A stretch of 64,000 nt of DNA from an uncultured delta proteobacterium (lineage in GTDB: Bacteria > Desulfobacterota > Binatia > UBA9968). The position numbers and the translations under genes are program-made. Position 1 is the first letter of the stretch; every line of letters starts with the position of its first letter. The stretch spans positions 1 through 64,000 of the forward strand of contig CAVWLW010000021.1 in NCBI GenBank assembly GCA_963755715.1, read 5' to 3'. This document shows positions 9,453 to 20,264 of the stretch, one piece after another. A model generated the notes under the pieces. The model was not told where the DNA came from and did no database searches. It saw only the letters and a program-made list of their open reading frames with translations.

Positions 9453-10079
9453 ATGAATTTACGCAATATCCAAAGACTAGCCTTGTTGACATGTTTCGTC
9501 GGCCTTACGGCCGGAAATACGCGCGCTCAAGAGGCGATCCCGACCCCGTCGGAAAAAATGCAGGAGGCGGTCGGCAAGCTCAACAAAGCGCCGGCGACGA
9601 TCGGCCAGTCGTTGCAGGGATTACGCGATGCGGCAGCGGCGAAGCTAAAACAAACTCTCGGCGCCGGCGCCAAGCCGGACGCCAAAGCGGCTCCGGTCGA
9701 TCTCGACCTGCCGCAAAAAGCTGCCGAAATTCCGGCGGGCGCCTCGGCTTTGAAAGAAAACGGTCGTGACCCGTTTAGGCCGATGACGCTGCGCAGCAAG
9801 GTCACTTCGCGGCAGCGTGAAAATCTCTCGCCGCTCGAGCGCTTCGAGCTCGGTCAACTCAAAATTGTCGGCATCGTCTGGGATATAAAAGAACCGCGGG
9901 CGATGATCGAGGACACGGCAGGGCTCGGTTACGTCGTAAAAATAGGGACTCCGATTGGGAGCAACGATGGCAAAGTGAAGACGATCCACCGCGATCAGAT
10001 TGTTATAGAAGAAAACTACACGGATGCCTACGGTGGACAAAAAAAACGTGATGTCAGAATGAGACTCTCGACGGAGTAA
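9453..10079 (+). CDS. pilP: Type IV pilus assembly protein PilP
   Basis: GRDPF, SPLERFELGQLKIVGIVW, GTPIGSNDGKV; between pilO and pilQ; no obvious lipobox. Confidence 0.88.
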   Translation: MNLRNIQRLALLTCFVGLTAGNTRAQEAIPTPSEKMQEAVGKLNKAPATIGQSLQGLRDAAAAKLKQTLGAGAKPDAKAAPVDLDLPQKAAEIPAGASALKENGRDPFRPMTLRSKVTSRQRENLSPLERFELGQLKIVGIVWDIKEPRAMIEDTAGLGYVVKIGTPIGSNDGKVKTIHRDQIVIEENYTDAYGGQKKRDVRMRLSTE

Positions 10080-10084
10080 AGACG

Positions 10085-12088
10085 ATGATAAAAACCAGAA
10101 ACTTTCTTATATTGCCTCCCGACAAGCTCCGCGAGAATTGCGCCAAGACGCTTTCAATGTTCGCTCTGCTTGGCTCGATTGTTGGAGCCCACGGCCTAAC
10201 CGGTTGTGCAAGCGGCAAGGAGACGGTCTTGCAACCTGACAGTCAAACGGCGAGCCCGGCTAAGCCCGCGCCGGCGAAGCCGCAAAGTTCCGGTGCGCCA
10301 AGCCAAAGCTTACAAGAGTTGAGCGTACGCGAGGAGCAGGGCCAGACTACGTTGTTGGTGAAATTTGCTCAGCCTGTAACCCAGTACCGCCATTTCACAC
10401 TCCCACAACCCGCGCGGATTGTACTGGATGTCCTCGACGCCAACAAAGTAACGGCGGCAGACGAAACCTACCGCATCGATACTAACTGGGTATCGGCGTT
10501 ACGATTAAACGCCAACGACAGCAATCTTCGTCTGGTTGCCGAAATATCCGCCGCGTCCGTTCCCGCCTACACGATCGTAGCGGAGGATGGTGGATTGAAG
10601 ATCGTTATCGGCGCCCGGGATCCAAACGCGACCGCGAGAAGAAATAGCTTACTCGTTGAAGGCGGCCGGCGGGTGGGTGCGCGTCAACTCGTGCCGGCTA
10701 CTGGCGCGGAAGCGCGAGCGTCATCAGGCGGCTTGGAGGATCGATCATCAAGTGAAAAAACCTACACGGGTCAAAAGATATCGCTGGACTTCAAAGACGC
10801 TGATATAAAAAACGTCTTTCGCTTGCTCGCGGAAGTGAGCGGGTTGAACATAGTGGTGACGAACGATGTAAACCGCCGGGTGACCGTGCGGCTCGTGGAA
10901 GTGCCATGGGATCAAGCGATGGACTTGATTATCACGACCAATGGCCTCGATAAGGAGCAGATCGGTAATGTGGTGCGCATCTCCACCGCGGGAACTTTAA
11001 AGACTGAAAAGGATGCTTTGGTAGCGGCGAAGAAATCAAAAGAGGACTTGGAACCATTACAGACGATCTATTTCAGCGTAAATTATGCAAGAGCCAAAGA
11101 CCTTGAAAGCAAGGTTCGGCCGTTAATGAGTAAACGGTCTGATAACGCGCTCGTCACCGATGACCGTAGCAACACGATAATGGTTCGCGATATTCAGAAA
11201 AGCGTCGAAGACGTCGCTTCTTTGATTACGAAGCTCGACGCGAGAACGCCCCAAGTTCTCATTGAGTCGAATATTATTGAGACAAACCCGACCTTCGCAA
11301 GAGCCTTGGGAACAAAGTTCAATTTCACCAGAGGAGGCGCGACAATTACGAGTGACTTCACCCCAGGTGGCGGCACAGCGGCTGCAGGCGTGGCGCCGAT
11401 AGTCTCGGTTTTTCAGAATAGGGTCGGAGGTCTGACAGATCTCAATGTGACGTTAACCGCGGCAGAGAACGAAGGACTGGTAAAGGTGATATCGAGACCC
11501 TCTGTTGCGACTCTCAACAATGTGGAGTCGACAATACAGGCCTTGCGGATTCTCCGAATTGCTCTACCCTCGTCGACGAATATCGCGAGCGGAAGCGGTG
11601 CGGCGGCGGGCACGGCTGTGGCTACGGAACAAATTCCAACCGGCATCACTCTTACGGTAACACCCCAAGTGTCTTCCGATGGGTTTATTCTGATGAAAAT
11701 CGGCGTGAAATCCAGCTCTGTTGCACCGACAGCGAGTCCTTCATCTGGAATCGGCTCTTCGGGAGTAATACCTTTCGACGAGATTAGTAGACAAGCGATC
11801 GCCAACGTCCTGGTCAGAGATGGGGAAACTATCGTCGTTGGCGGCATTCTAAAAGATACCAATTCGACTAACGAAGCGGGCATTCCTTGGATTAAAGAGG
11901 TTCCCGTATTCGGCTGGCTATTTAAGACCATCTCGTGGCAAAAACAATTTGAAGAGATGATGGTTTTCATCACTCCACGGATTGCTTCGGCCGGCTCTGC
12001 GGATATGCCTACCGCCGAGGAGCTTTGGCGCGATCAAATGAAAAAAACTAGTGGGAATCAACCGGCGAGTTCTCAAAGCAGTCCTTAG
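10085..12088 (+). CDS. pilQ: Type IV pilus secretin PilQ (AMIN + secretin domains)
   Basis: AMIN-like (FTLPQPARIVLD), YTGQKISLDFKDADIKNV, VPWDQA, QVLIES, GETIVVGGI, GIPWIKEVPVFGWLFK, VFITPRI. Confidence 0.95.
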   Translation: MIKTRNFLILPPDKLRENCAKTLSMFALLGSIVGAHGLTGCASGKETVLQPDSQTASPAKPAPAKPQSSGAPSQSLQELSVREEQGQTTLLVKFAQPVTQYRHFTLPQPARIVLDVLDANKVTAADETYRIDTNWVSALRLNANDSNLRLVAEISAASVPAYTIVAEDGGLKIVIGARDPNATARRNSLLVEGGRRVGARQLVPATGAEARASSGGLEDRSSSEKTYTGQKISLDFKDADIKNVFRLLAEVSGLNIVVTNDVNRRVTVRLVEVPWDQAMDLIITTNGLDKEQIGNVVRISTAGTLKTEKDALVAAKKSKEDLEPLQTIYFSVNYARAKDLESKVRPLMSKRSDNALVTDDRSNTIMVRDIQKSVEDVASLITKLDARTPQVLIESNIIETNPTFARALGTKFNFTRGGATITSDFTPGGGTAAAGVAPIVSVFQNRVGGLTDLNVTLTAAENEGLVKVISRPSVATLNNVESTIQALRILRIALPSSTNIASGSGAAAGTAVATEQIPTGITLTVTPQVSSDGFILMKIGVKSSSVAPTASPSSGIGSSGVIPFDEISRQAIANVLVRDGETIVVGGILKDTNSTNEAGIPWIKEVPVFGWLFKTISWQKQFEEMMVFITPRIASAGSADMPTAEELWRDQMKKTSGNQPASSQSSP

Positions 12089-12197
12089 CTCATCGTAAAG
12101 GTGAGTCGGCGCGTCCTTGCGACGGGGTCATGAATTTGCCGGCGTCGATTGGCCATAGTGTCGTCGGTTCCTCGCAGCGCAATAAGAAAGACATTAA

Positions 12198-12569
12198 ATG
12201 CCGCGACCGAGGCCTAGGAAGATACTAATCGCCGGCTTTTGTTTTTTCGCGTTAATTCCATCGGTTAATTCACTGGCGTTCGCGCCAGCCGAGTTTCGAT
12301 CTTTCCAGACAGCGCAAGTTTCTGTCTTTAGTTCTTGGCGTCCGTATAGCAATCCGGATCGTTTGATTTCTGTTGGCATGAATAAAGGCGAAGTACTTGC
12401 TATCGCGGGCAAGCCTGATCATGAAGAATCCTATTATCAGGGGGGCGGCGGCCGGCTTATCAGAATCTCTGATTGGTGCTATATTCGCTCCGGTTTCGAC
12501 GCTCAGACGACGATATTGAAATTTGCTCAAGAGAGCTTGGTAAGTATCACTTCGACATCAACTCGTTAG
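12198..12569 (+). CDS. Exported hypothetical protein, DUF2845/BamE-like small domain
   Basis: Signal-peptide-like N-terminus; ISVGMNKGEVLAIAGKPD...W-x-Y pattern. Confidence 0.5.
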   Translation: MPRPRPRKILIAGFCFFALIPSVNSLAFAPAEFRSFQTAQVSVFSSWRPYSNPDRLISVGMNKGEVLAIAGKPDHEESYYQGGGGRLIRISDWCYIRSGFDAQTTILKFAQESLVSITSTSTR

Positions 12570-12683
12570 TAACCGATCCGATTCCGCGTTTGCCGTCCTC
12601 GAGTGTCGCTCAGCGCCGAGCTTGACTTGAAAGGATCCGGCTCTCTCTGTAGTCTAAGCTGAACTGATTAGGACAACTACGAA

Positions 12684-13882
12684 ATGTTGCGCTACTTCAC
12701 GGCTGGGGAGTCCCACGGCCCCTGTTTGACGATGATCATCGACGGCGTGCCGGCGGGATTTGCCATTCAAATCGACAAAATCAATCACGATCTTTGGCGC
12801 CGTCAGCAAGGTTACGGCCGTGGCGGGCGCATGCTTATCGAGAAAGATGAGGCACAGGTTCGTTCCGGGATTCGCTGGGGCGAAACCATTGGTGCCCCGG
12901 TCGCTTTGGGAATCGAGAACCGTGACTGGAAAAACTGGACAAAGAAAATGTCCGCCTCTGCCTGAAGATCGCGATGATAAAATCGCCGTCACCAAACCGC
13001 GTCCGGGACATGCCGACTTGAATGGCGCGCTCAAGTACGACCGTCGGGACGTTCGCGATATCCTGGAACGCGCTAGTGCGCGGGAAACGGTGGCGCGCAC
13101 CGCCGTCGGGTCTTTTGCCAAACAACTGCTGGCGCCGTTCGGCGTTCGCGTCATGGGTTACATTCGCTCCATCGGCAACGTCGCGGCGAATTTGCAAGAT
13201 CTTACTTTCGATGAAATCTACGCGCGTTCGGAAGAGTCGGCGGTTCGAACCGCCGATCCCGCAGCCGAAGAAAAGATGATCGCCTTGATCGAAGAGTGCA
13301 AGAAAGAAGGCAACACGCTCGGCGGTATCTTCGAAGTTGTCGTGCTCGGTTTGCCGCCCGGATTGGGTTCGCACACACAATGGGATCGCAAACTCGACGG
13401 ACGCTTGGCCCAAGCGCTGATGAGCATTCAAGCGATGAAAGGCGTCGAGATCGGTCTCGGCTTCGAGATGGCGCGGCGCCGCGGTTCGCAAGTGCATGAC
13501 GAAATTTTTTTCGATCCGACCAAGGATGTCACGGAAGGCACACCAAGAATCGTGCCCACGGGGTTTTATCGGGGTAGCAACAATTCCGGCGGCACCGAGG
13601 GCGGCATGACGAACGGCGCCCCGCTCATTGCCCGGGTCGCCATGAAGCCGATCTCGACTCTCATGAGTCCGTTACAGTCGGTGGATTTACGGACCAAGCA
13701 GCCTACCGATGCGTCCGTCGAGCGGTCCGATGTTTGCGCCGCTCCAGCCGCCGCCGTCGTCGGCGAATCCGTAGTCGCATTCGAGGTCGCCAAGGCATTT
13801 TCTGGAAAAATTCGGCGGCGACTCCTTGCGCGAAATCCGGCGCAACTATGAGCATTATTTAGAACAAATCAAAAATTATTAA
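12684..13882 (+). CDS. aroC: Chorismate synthase (two apparent +1 frameshifts at about 12955 and 13800)
   Basis: [12 protein letters not shown]...[12 protein letters not shown], then second frame [19 protein letters not shown], then third frame [17 protein letters not shown] to TAA 13880-82. Confidence 0.93.
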
Positions 13883-13886
13883 GCCG

Positions 13887-14441
13887 TTGTCGAAAACGCC
13901 GGTTCAAAACATCGCACTGATCGGCTTCATGGCCGTCGGAAAGAGTGCCATCGGGCGGAACTTAGCGAAGAGGCTGCATCGGCGCTTTGTCGATCTCGAC
14001 GCGCTGATTGAGAAAACCGAAGGGATGAAGGTGCGGGAAATCTTCGCACAAAAAGGCGAGAACTATTTTCGCCAACTGGAAAAGCGCGTGCTCGACGACG
14101 TATTGCGCCGGGAAGGGCAAGTTATCGCCACCGGCGGCGGCGTTGTGATGGACGATGAGAATCTCCATTGGCTGCGCGCGAGAGCATTGCTTGTCGGCCT
14201 GACCGCGTCGATCGATATTTTGTTGACCAGGGCCGGCACGGGAGCTAAACGCCCGTTGCTCCAGGGAGTCAATCGCAAAGAGCGCATCGAGACCTTGTTA
14301 AAGGAGCGCGAGCCGAGGTATGCACAAGCTCATGTGATCATCGACACGAGTGATTTAGTCATTGATCAAGTGGTGGGAAAAATCGTGGAAGCTCTCGGTT
14401 TAGAAAAAGAGCCACATGCAGACTCTAATCGTCAATCTTAG
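13887..14441 (+). CDS. aroK: Shikimate kinase
   Basis: LIGFMAVGKS P-loop, DLD, GENYFR, ATGGG, RPLL. Confidence 0.95.
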   Translation: MSKTPVQNIALIGFMAVGKSAIGRNLAKRLHRRFVDLDALIEKTEGMKVREIFAQKGENYFRQLEKRVLDDVLRREGQVIATGGGVVMDDENLHWLRARALLVGLTASIDILLTRAGTGAKRPLLQGVNRKERIETLLKEREPRYAQAHVIIDTSDLVIDQVVGKIVEALGLEKEPHADSNRQS

Positions 14442-15492
14442 CGACCGTTCGTATCCGATTCACGTCGGCGCCGAAATCATCGAGCGCGCCGGCCAACTGA
14501 TGCAGCAGGCGGGATTGCTCGGCAAGGTGGCCATCGTTACCAATCCCACGGTGGCGCAACTCTATCTCGACCCGATCCATGGAGCTTTGAGTCAAGCCGG
14601 ATTCGAAACGACGCCGGTCCTCCTGCCGGACGGCGAGGAGCACAAAACTCTCAAATCACTCTCGACCATTTACGATCGTTTAGTTGCCGAACGATTCGAA
14701 CGAAAGTCTTGCGTGCTGGCGCTCGGTGGCGGCGTGATCGGCGATCTCGCCGGCTTCGCCGCGGCGACTTATCTGCGCGGCATTCCTTATGTGCAAGTGC
14801 CGACGACTCTGCTCGCCCAGGTTGATTCCAGCGTCGGTGGCAAGACCGGCGTCAATCACGATGCAGGTAAGAATCTGATCGGTGCTTTTTACCAGCCTAA
14901 ATTGGTTTTGATCGATGTCGCGGCTTTGCGTTCGCTGCCGCGCCGAGAGCTCGTCGCCGGTCTCGCTGAAGTGATTAAATACGGTGTTATCTGCGACCGC
15001 TACTTGTTTGAGTTGCTCGAGCAAAATTTGGAAAAAATCCTCGCCCTGGACCGCGAGCTGCTCACCCAGATCATCGTCCGATCCTGTGAAAATAAAGTCC
15101 GCGTCGTCGAGGCCGACGAGCGCGAGGACGACTACCGGGCCGTGCTCAACTTTGGCCACACGATCGGTCACGCTTTAGAGGCCGCGACCGGCTACCGCCA
15201 ATTTCTGCATGGAGAAGCGGTGGGCATCGGCATGGTAAAAGCAGCTGCGCTTTCTGTGCAGCAGGGTTTTTGTGACCCGAAGAGCTTTGAGCGGATTACC
15301 AGGCTGATCAAAAAGGCAGGCCTGCCGACCGAGTTTCCTCCCGGTATGTCGGTGTCAAGTTTGGTTCAAGGCATGGAGGTCGACAAAAAAGCGACAGCCG
15401 GGCAGATCAAGTTTGTCATCTCGGAAGGTCTCGGCAAGACGCGTTTTCATTGGCTTGCGCCTGGCGAGATTTTAGACGCACTGGGTGGCTAG
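14416..15492 (+). CDS. aroB: 3-dehydroquinate synthase
   Basis: [40 protein letters not shown]. Confidence 0.96.
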   Translation: MQTLIVNLSDRSYPIHVGAEIIERAGQLMQQAGLLGKVAIVTNPTVAQLYLDPIHGALSQAGFETTPVLLPDGEEHKTLKSLSTIYDRLVAERFERKSCVLALGGGVIGDLAGFAAATYLRGIPYVQVPTTLLAQVDSSVGGKTGVNHDAGKNLIGAFYQPKLVLIDVAALRSLPRRELVAGLAEVIKYGVICDRYLFELLEQNLEKILALDRELLTQIIVRSCENKVRVVEADEREDDYRAVLNFGHTIGHALEAATGYRQFLHGEAVGIGMVKAAALSVQQGFCDPKSFERITRLIKKAGLPTEFPPGMSVSSLVQGMEVDKKATAGQIKFVISEGLGKTRFHWLAPGEILDALGG

Positions 15493-15518
15493 TTTTTTCT
15501 GCCTGCAAAGGATTTTTC

Positions 15519-15962
15519 ATGGCGAAGAAAAAAATCCTCGTGCTGAACGGTCCCAATCTAAATCTTTTGGGCAAACGCCAGCCGGAGATTTACGGGACGT
15601 TGACGCTGGCACAAATCGAGCAGAGGATTCGCGCGCTTGCCAAGGAGCTCGGCATCGAAATCGAGGTGCGCCAGTCCAACAGCGAGGGCGAGCTGGTCAC
15701 CTGGATCCAAGAAGCCGCGAATAAGTTCGGCGCAATCGTGATCAATCCTGCCGCGTACACTCATACGAGCTTGGCGATGCGCGATGCGGTTTCAGCGGTC
15801 GGCATCCCCACCGTGGAGATTCACATTTCCAATATTCACAAGCGTGAGCCGTTCCGCCACCACTCCTTTATCGCCGAAGTTGCGGTTGGGCAAATTGCTG
15901 GATTTGGGGTGGACAGTTATCTGTTGGGGCTTCGCGCCGCGGCCGATTTAATCCAAGAATAG
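15519..15962 (+). CDS. aroQ: Type II 3-dehydroquinate dehydratase
   Basis: [34 protein letters not shown]. Confidence 0.96.
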   Translation: MAKKKILVLNGPNLNLLGKRQPEIYGTLTLAQIEQRIRALAKELGIEIEVRQSNSEGELVTWIQEAANKFGAIVINPAAYTHTSLAMRDAVSAVGIPTVEIHISNIHKREPFRHHSFIAEVAVGQIAGFGVDSYLLGLRAAADLIQE

Positions 15963-16686
15963 CGAGCCGATCTCGAAATTTTTTGCTTTCATTTCCTCGA
16001 TGAGTTGCTGGCGCTCGTTCTCAGCTTGTGTTATCCGAGCTCGCATATCGCTCAGCTCCTTCTCCCTTTCGGTATAAGGGGGTGGCGGATCAATCGAAAA
16101 AGGGTGGCGTCTGAGACGCGCTGCCAGTGGGCAGTCCTTGCGCCTTATATTGAGCGTCGCGTAGACGCGACATCAAGTCGGCCTGCTGGCCTTTATATGC
16201 TTCTTCGGTGGTAAAGAAACTTGGCTCGGGGCCCTTGGTTCCGCGCGTAATCCAGGAGTACCGATCGCGTAATTCTTTGATCTCTGCGGTAAGCCCCTTC
16301 ACTTTATCCTCATACGCTTTTTGTTCCTCAGCTCTTTTCTTGGCTAGCTGTCCGTCTCCCGCAGATACCGAAGGCGGTTTTACTTCTGGGGCTTTGGTCG
16401 GTCTCGGCGGCGGCTCCGGTGCGACCGTCGTGGGAGCCTGATTCACACTGAGACTAGGCGAGCCGAGCCGGTCACCTTCTTCGGCGCGGCGAATGGTTTG
16501 AACTTGGTCCTTACTTATAGCGATCTCGCCGCCGAGGCCGGAAAATTTGATCATTGAACCGTCGTCGCGATAACTCTGAACATGGATTTGCCGGCCATTT
16601 TTCAAGACCAGCAGGTATTGTGCTTGCGCCACACCTGCCCAGCTTATGACTCCCACAAGCATGACGATAAAATGCGGTCTAAACAT
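15948..16686 (-). CDS. Exported hypothetical protein with Pro-rich linker and coiled coils (apparent +1 frameshift near 16100)
   Basis: Signal peptide ending AQA; small beta domain (LVLKNGRQI); removing one T from the T5 run extends the ORF by [49 protein letters not shown] to TAA at 15948. Confidence 0.65.
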
Positions 16687-16799
16687 GGAGCCGATTATAG
16701 CACGCGGAGGTGGTCGTTGGTATCTCGGAATTTTGGCAATGTGCGGCTCTTTTACGCTTAGTTCAATCATGCTAGCGTTTGCATGTCGGCGAGGTCGTC

Positions 16800-18050
16800 A
16801 TGAACCTGTTTCGATTGTCGCTCGTTGTTTTTTGCGTGTTTCTTTTTGCCGTCAGCTTGGACAGTGTCGGCTTTGCCGAGCCCAAGGTGCAAATCCTCTC
16901 ACCCAAGGATGGCAGCCGCATCACCCAGGATCAGAAATCAATTTTTGTCAGCGGAAAAGTCGCGCGCGAGGCCGGTCGATCCGAAAGGGTCGACATTTTC
17001 CTCGTCATCGATATTTCCGGCAGCACCGCATTGTATGCCGGCGCGGATTTGGGCGAGGCCGATCAACCGCCGGAAACTTCCGGATTTCCCATGCCGCAGA
17101 TCTCGATCGGCGGCATGAGTCTCGGCAGGCCCCCGCTACGAAACCCGCGCAACTCGATCCTCGCCGCCGAAGTCGCCGCGGCGCGGCGATTGCTTCTTCA
17201 ACTCAATCGCGACACGACCCGGGTCGGTGTATTGACCTTCAGCGAAAACGCAAGATTGCTCCAACCACTGACCCAAGATTTCGATCAGGTGCGCCGCATT
17301 TTAACCGAGGTGCTGCGTGCGGGTCCTTACGGCGGCACCAACATGGTCGAAGGTATACGCATGGGGATCACCGAATTAATGGGATTGGGAACCAGCGAAA
17401 AGCGAACCGATGCGATCAAAGTGCAGTTTCTGCTGACCGACGGATTTCCATCATTGCCGATCGGCGGCGGTAAAAGAATGGCCCCCGAAGACATAGATTT
17501 AACGATCAACGCGGCGCGACTGTCCGGCAAAGCGGGTATCAAGGTTCATGTATTCGCTCTCGGCGACGAAGCTCTTTCCTATCCGCGCGCGGCGATGGGG
17601 ATCGCCAAAGAAAGCGGCGGCACTTATACGCCGGTGATGCGTCCGGCGGACGCGCTGGCGGTGCTCGAAAATATCTCCGTCGTTGGTGTTGATTATGTGC
17701 AAGTTGTCAATCAGACGATCGGGCAAAAGGCGACGCAGCTGCGGCTTGCCGCCGACGGATTTTTTTCCTCGGCGGTGCCGGTAGCGGAAGGTCGAAATCA
17801 GATTGATGTCTTGGCGCGCGCCAGCGACGGCACCAATAGCCGCGAGTCGATCACGGTTTACTACCAGCCCGGAACGCAAAAATCTTTGGAGTTGGAAGTA
17901 TTCCTGGAAAAAGAAAAAAACCTCCAACTGGAGGTTGACCGGCTCGGAAAAAGCTCAGCGGAAATCCAGCGCGAAGTCGAGCACAATCGTGAAGATACCC
18001 TCAGGCGGCCACAACAACTGCCGCCGCCGAGCGATGGACCGCCGAGATGA
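16800..18050 (+). CDS. Secreted von Willebrand factor A domain protein with flanking Ig-like segments
   Basis: Signal peptide; MIDAS DISGS, GGTN, LLTDG; flanking ILSPKDG and EGRNQIDVLA beta-sandwich-like segments. Confidence 0.85.
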   Translation: MNLFRLSLVVFCVFLFAVSLDSVGFAEPKVQILSPKDGSRITQDQKSIFVSGKVAREAGRSERVDIFLVIDISGSTALYAGADLGEADQPPETSGFPMPQISIGGMSLGRPPLRNPRNSILAAEVAAARRLLLQLNRDTTRVGVLTFSENARLLQPLTQDFDQVRRILTEVLRAGPYGGTNMVEGIRMGITELMGLGTSEKRTDAIKVQFLLTDGFPSLPIGGGKRMAPEDIDLTINAARLSGKAGIKVHVFALGDEALSYPRAAMGIAKESGGTYTPVMRPADALAVLENISVVGVDYVQVVNQTIGQKATQLRLAADGFFSSAVPVAEGRNQIDVLARASDGTNSRESITVYYQPGTQKSLELEVFLEKEKNLQLEVDRLGKSSAEIQREVEHNREDTLRRPQQLPPPSDGPPR

Positions 18051-18082
18051 GAGGATTGGTTTGAATCTCGACGCGGTGCAGG

Positions 18083-18508
18083 CTAGCGAACTTTTCTTTC
18101 CGCCTCCGCCGCGATGGCGATCTCCGAAGCGCCGGCGCGCTTGATGATCGACATCACTTTCACTGTGTCTCCCAATAAAACATCCTTATCGCCGCGGAGA
18201 ATCACGGTCTTGTCGGTGCGCGTGTTCAAGGCGTCCTGCAGGGTTTTTTCCAAAGCTTCTTCTTTGACGACTTTTTGATCGACAAAAATTTCATGCTTGG
18301 GTGTGATCGTCACGGTCGTGCCGCGCGATTCCGACTGGGTGGCGACGGCTTTCGGCAGGTTTATTTTGCCGCCTGACTCGATCATCGCCGAGCTCGTGAT
18401 CATGAAAATGATCAGCAACACGAGAAAGATATCGGTCAACGGCGTGATATTGATCTCCGCGACGATTTCAGAACTGTCGTCGTTGCCGCCGAGCGGGGTG
18501 ATCGCCAT
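18083..18508 (-). CDS. exbD: ExbD/TolR family protein
   Basis: EINITPLTDIFLVLLIIFMI, INLPKA, VILRGDK. Confidence 0.9.
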   Translation of the reverse strand: MAITPLGGNDDSSEIVAEINITPLTDIFLVLLIIFMITSSAMIESGGKINLPKAVATQSESRGTTVTITPKHEIFVDQKVVKEEALEKTLQDALNTRTDKTVILRGDKDVLLGDTVKVMSIIKRAGASEIAIAAEAERKVR

Positions 18509-18516
18509 GGAATTCC

Positions 18517-19143
18517 TCAGACGCTCATGTTCTGGACGATTTTGCCGACTTGAATGCGAAACAAGCCGTTGAGCGTCGAAATGCGCGTTTGAAAGTAGTT
18601 GTAAAAGATAACCGCGATGATCGCGACGGCCAATCCGAGCGCCGTCGCGACCAGCGCCTCGGAAATACCCGCTGCGACGACGGCGAAACCGCCGGTGCCG
18701 GCGATCGCCATGCTTTCGAACGATTTAATAATGCCGACAACGGTTCCGAGCAGGCCGATGAACGGCGCGCTGCTGGCGACCGTGCCGAGGATCCAGAGAT
18801 GTTTTTTCAGCTTCTGGTTTTCCTCGAACATCGCTTCGGCGGCGATGCTGTTGGCGACTTCCAGGCGGGCGCTCGCATCGCGTTCCAAGATGTTCAGAAA
18901 TATGCGGCCCGCCGGCGAGTGCGAGTTTTGCTTGCAGATCGCAATGGCCAGATCTCTTTGTCCTTTCTTAATCGGTTCGAGAATCGATTCCGTCACTCTC
19001 AGGGTGATCGCGCCAATATTTCTGAGCGACCATAAACGCTCAAACACGACCGCGACGCTGACGATCGACAGAAGAATCAATGGATAGGTGGCGATGGCGC
19101 CCTTGTGAATAATATCGATGAGATCGAGACCTTGCGGTTGCAT
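18517..19143 (-). CDS. exbB: MotA/TolQ/ExbB proton channel protein
   Basis: APFIGLLGTVVGII, VAAGISEALVATALGLAVAI. Confidence 0.9.
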   Translation of the reverse strand: MQPQGLDLIDIIHKGAIATYPLILLSIVSVAVVFERLWSLRNIGAITLRVTESILEPIKKGQRDLAIAICKQNSHSPAGRIFLNILERDASARLEVANSIAAEAMFEENQKLKKHLWILGTVASSAPFIGLLGTVVGIIKSFESMAIAGTGGFAVVAAGISEALVATALGLAVAIIAVIFYNYFQTRISTLNGLFRIQVGKIVQNMSV

Positions 19144-19237
19144 GACACGTCCTTCGTGCAGTTCGGATGATGATTACCTTAAATGAAAATTATTGCAATG
19201 AAACCGGATGCGGGTTTGTGATTCGCTATGAGGCTGC

Positions 19238-20263
19238 TTAGCCGCGCACGCCTATGGTGACGGTGAACTGCATGCGCAACGGAGTGTTGGCGAGATCTTT
19301 CAAGCTTTCCGGGATCGGCGGAAAAGGCGCGGCGCGCTTCATCGCTTCCACCGCGCTCGCGTTCAGTCTTGCATCGGTCGAGTCTAGAACTTCAGAGCGC
19401 ACAAGTCGGCCGGCTTTATCGAGTGTAAATAGCAGCGCAACTTTTTGTACTCCGGCGACGCCGTCGGGATATTTCCAGACTGACTCGACGCGTTTCTTCA
19501 GTTGACTGAGATATTGATTGTAATCGGCGCTCGACAAGCCCTTCAACCCGGTCGTGCTGCCGCCGCCGCTGCCCGCGCCCGTGCCGTTTCCCGCCAAGCC
19601 GCTTCCGCTCGGACTTCCGCCGGGGACGCCGTAAGGACCCGACCCCGTGCCAGTCCCTTTGAGCGCGCCGGGAATTTGCGCGCCTTCTTTCAGCCCTTTG
19701 ATGCCGGGTCCTTCGCCGGCGCCTTTGAGCGCAGCCAGAGTTTTTTGATTAGCTTCGAGATCGGCAGCGCTGCTTCCCGGTAGATGAGTCGGACTCTCTT
19801 TTGTCGGCAAGCGAACTAACGAGTCCACCGACGTCTCTTTCACGTTCACCGACTCGGAGTGTTGATCAGCGGCCAAAACTTTTGGACCGGGCAATGTCAC
19901 CGGCTTGGGCGCGGGAGCGGCTTCAACCGGGCTGCTGCTCGGAACTGAAGTTTCGCTTGAACCGCTGTCCAATTTGCCGCTTCGTTGGGTCGGTGGCGTC
20001 GGTGTACCGAGCTTCGGCATGGTACGCGGCCCGCCGGGACCACTCCCCGCACCGATGCTCTTGTTTGAAGATCCGCCATCGCGAATTTCCAGCAACTGCA
20101 CCGAAATCGGCGTGTCCTCGGTCTTGGCGACCGGCAAGGTTACGGCGCGCAGCGCCAGCAAGAAGAGCATCGTGTGAAAGAGCACGGAGGGGATTAGAAA
20201 AGGGCTGCGCAAGAGCGAAACAAGACCTGCGTCGCCCCAATCAGAGGAAGTCGGCTCGACCAT
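19238..20263 (-). CDS. TonB/TolA family energy transducer
   Basis: N-terminal TM with S-x3-H (SVLFH), Pro/Gly-rich linker, TonB_C/TolA-type C-terminus (LNASAVEAMKRAAPFPPIP). Confidence 0.85.
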   Translation of the reverse strand: MVEPTSSDWGDAGLVSLLRSPFLIPSVLFHTMLFLLALRAVTLPVAKTEDTPISVQLLEIRDGGSSNKSIGAGSGPGGPRTMPKLGTPTPPTQRSGKLDSGSSETSVPSSSPVEAAPAPKPVTLPGPKVLAADQHSESVNVKETSVDSLVRLPTKESPTHLPGSSAADLEANQKTLAALKGAGEGPGIKGLKEGAQIPGALKGTGTGSGPYGVPGGSPSGSGLAGNGTGAGSGGGSTTGLKGLSSADYNQYLSQLKKRVESVWKYPDGVAGVQKVALLFTLDKAGRLVRSEVLDSTDARLNASAVEAMKRAAPFPPIPESLKDLANTPLRMQFTVTIGVRG

Positions 20264-20264
20264 T

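Noticed and set aside
12684-13882. aroC, nuoG and nuoH as pseudogenes or programmed frameshifts
   Set aside because: All motifs intact, uniform +1 pattern across unrelated genes and no shared slippery heptamer; sequencing error is more parsimonious
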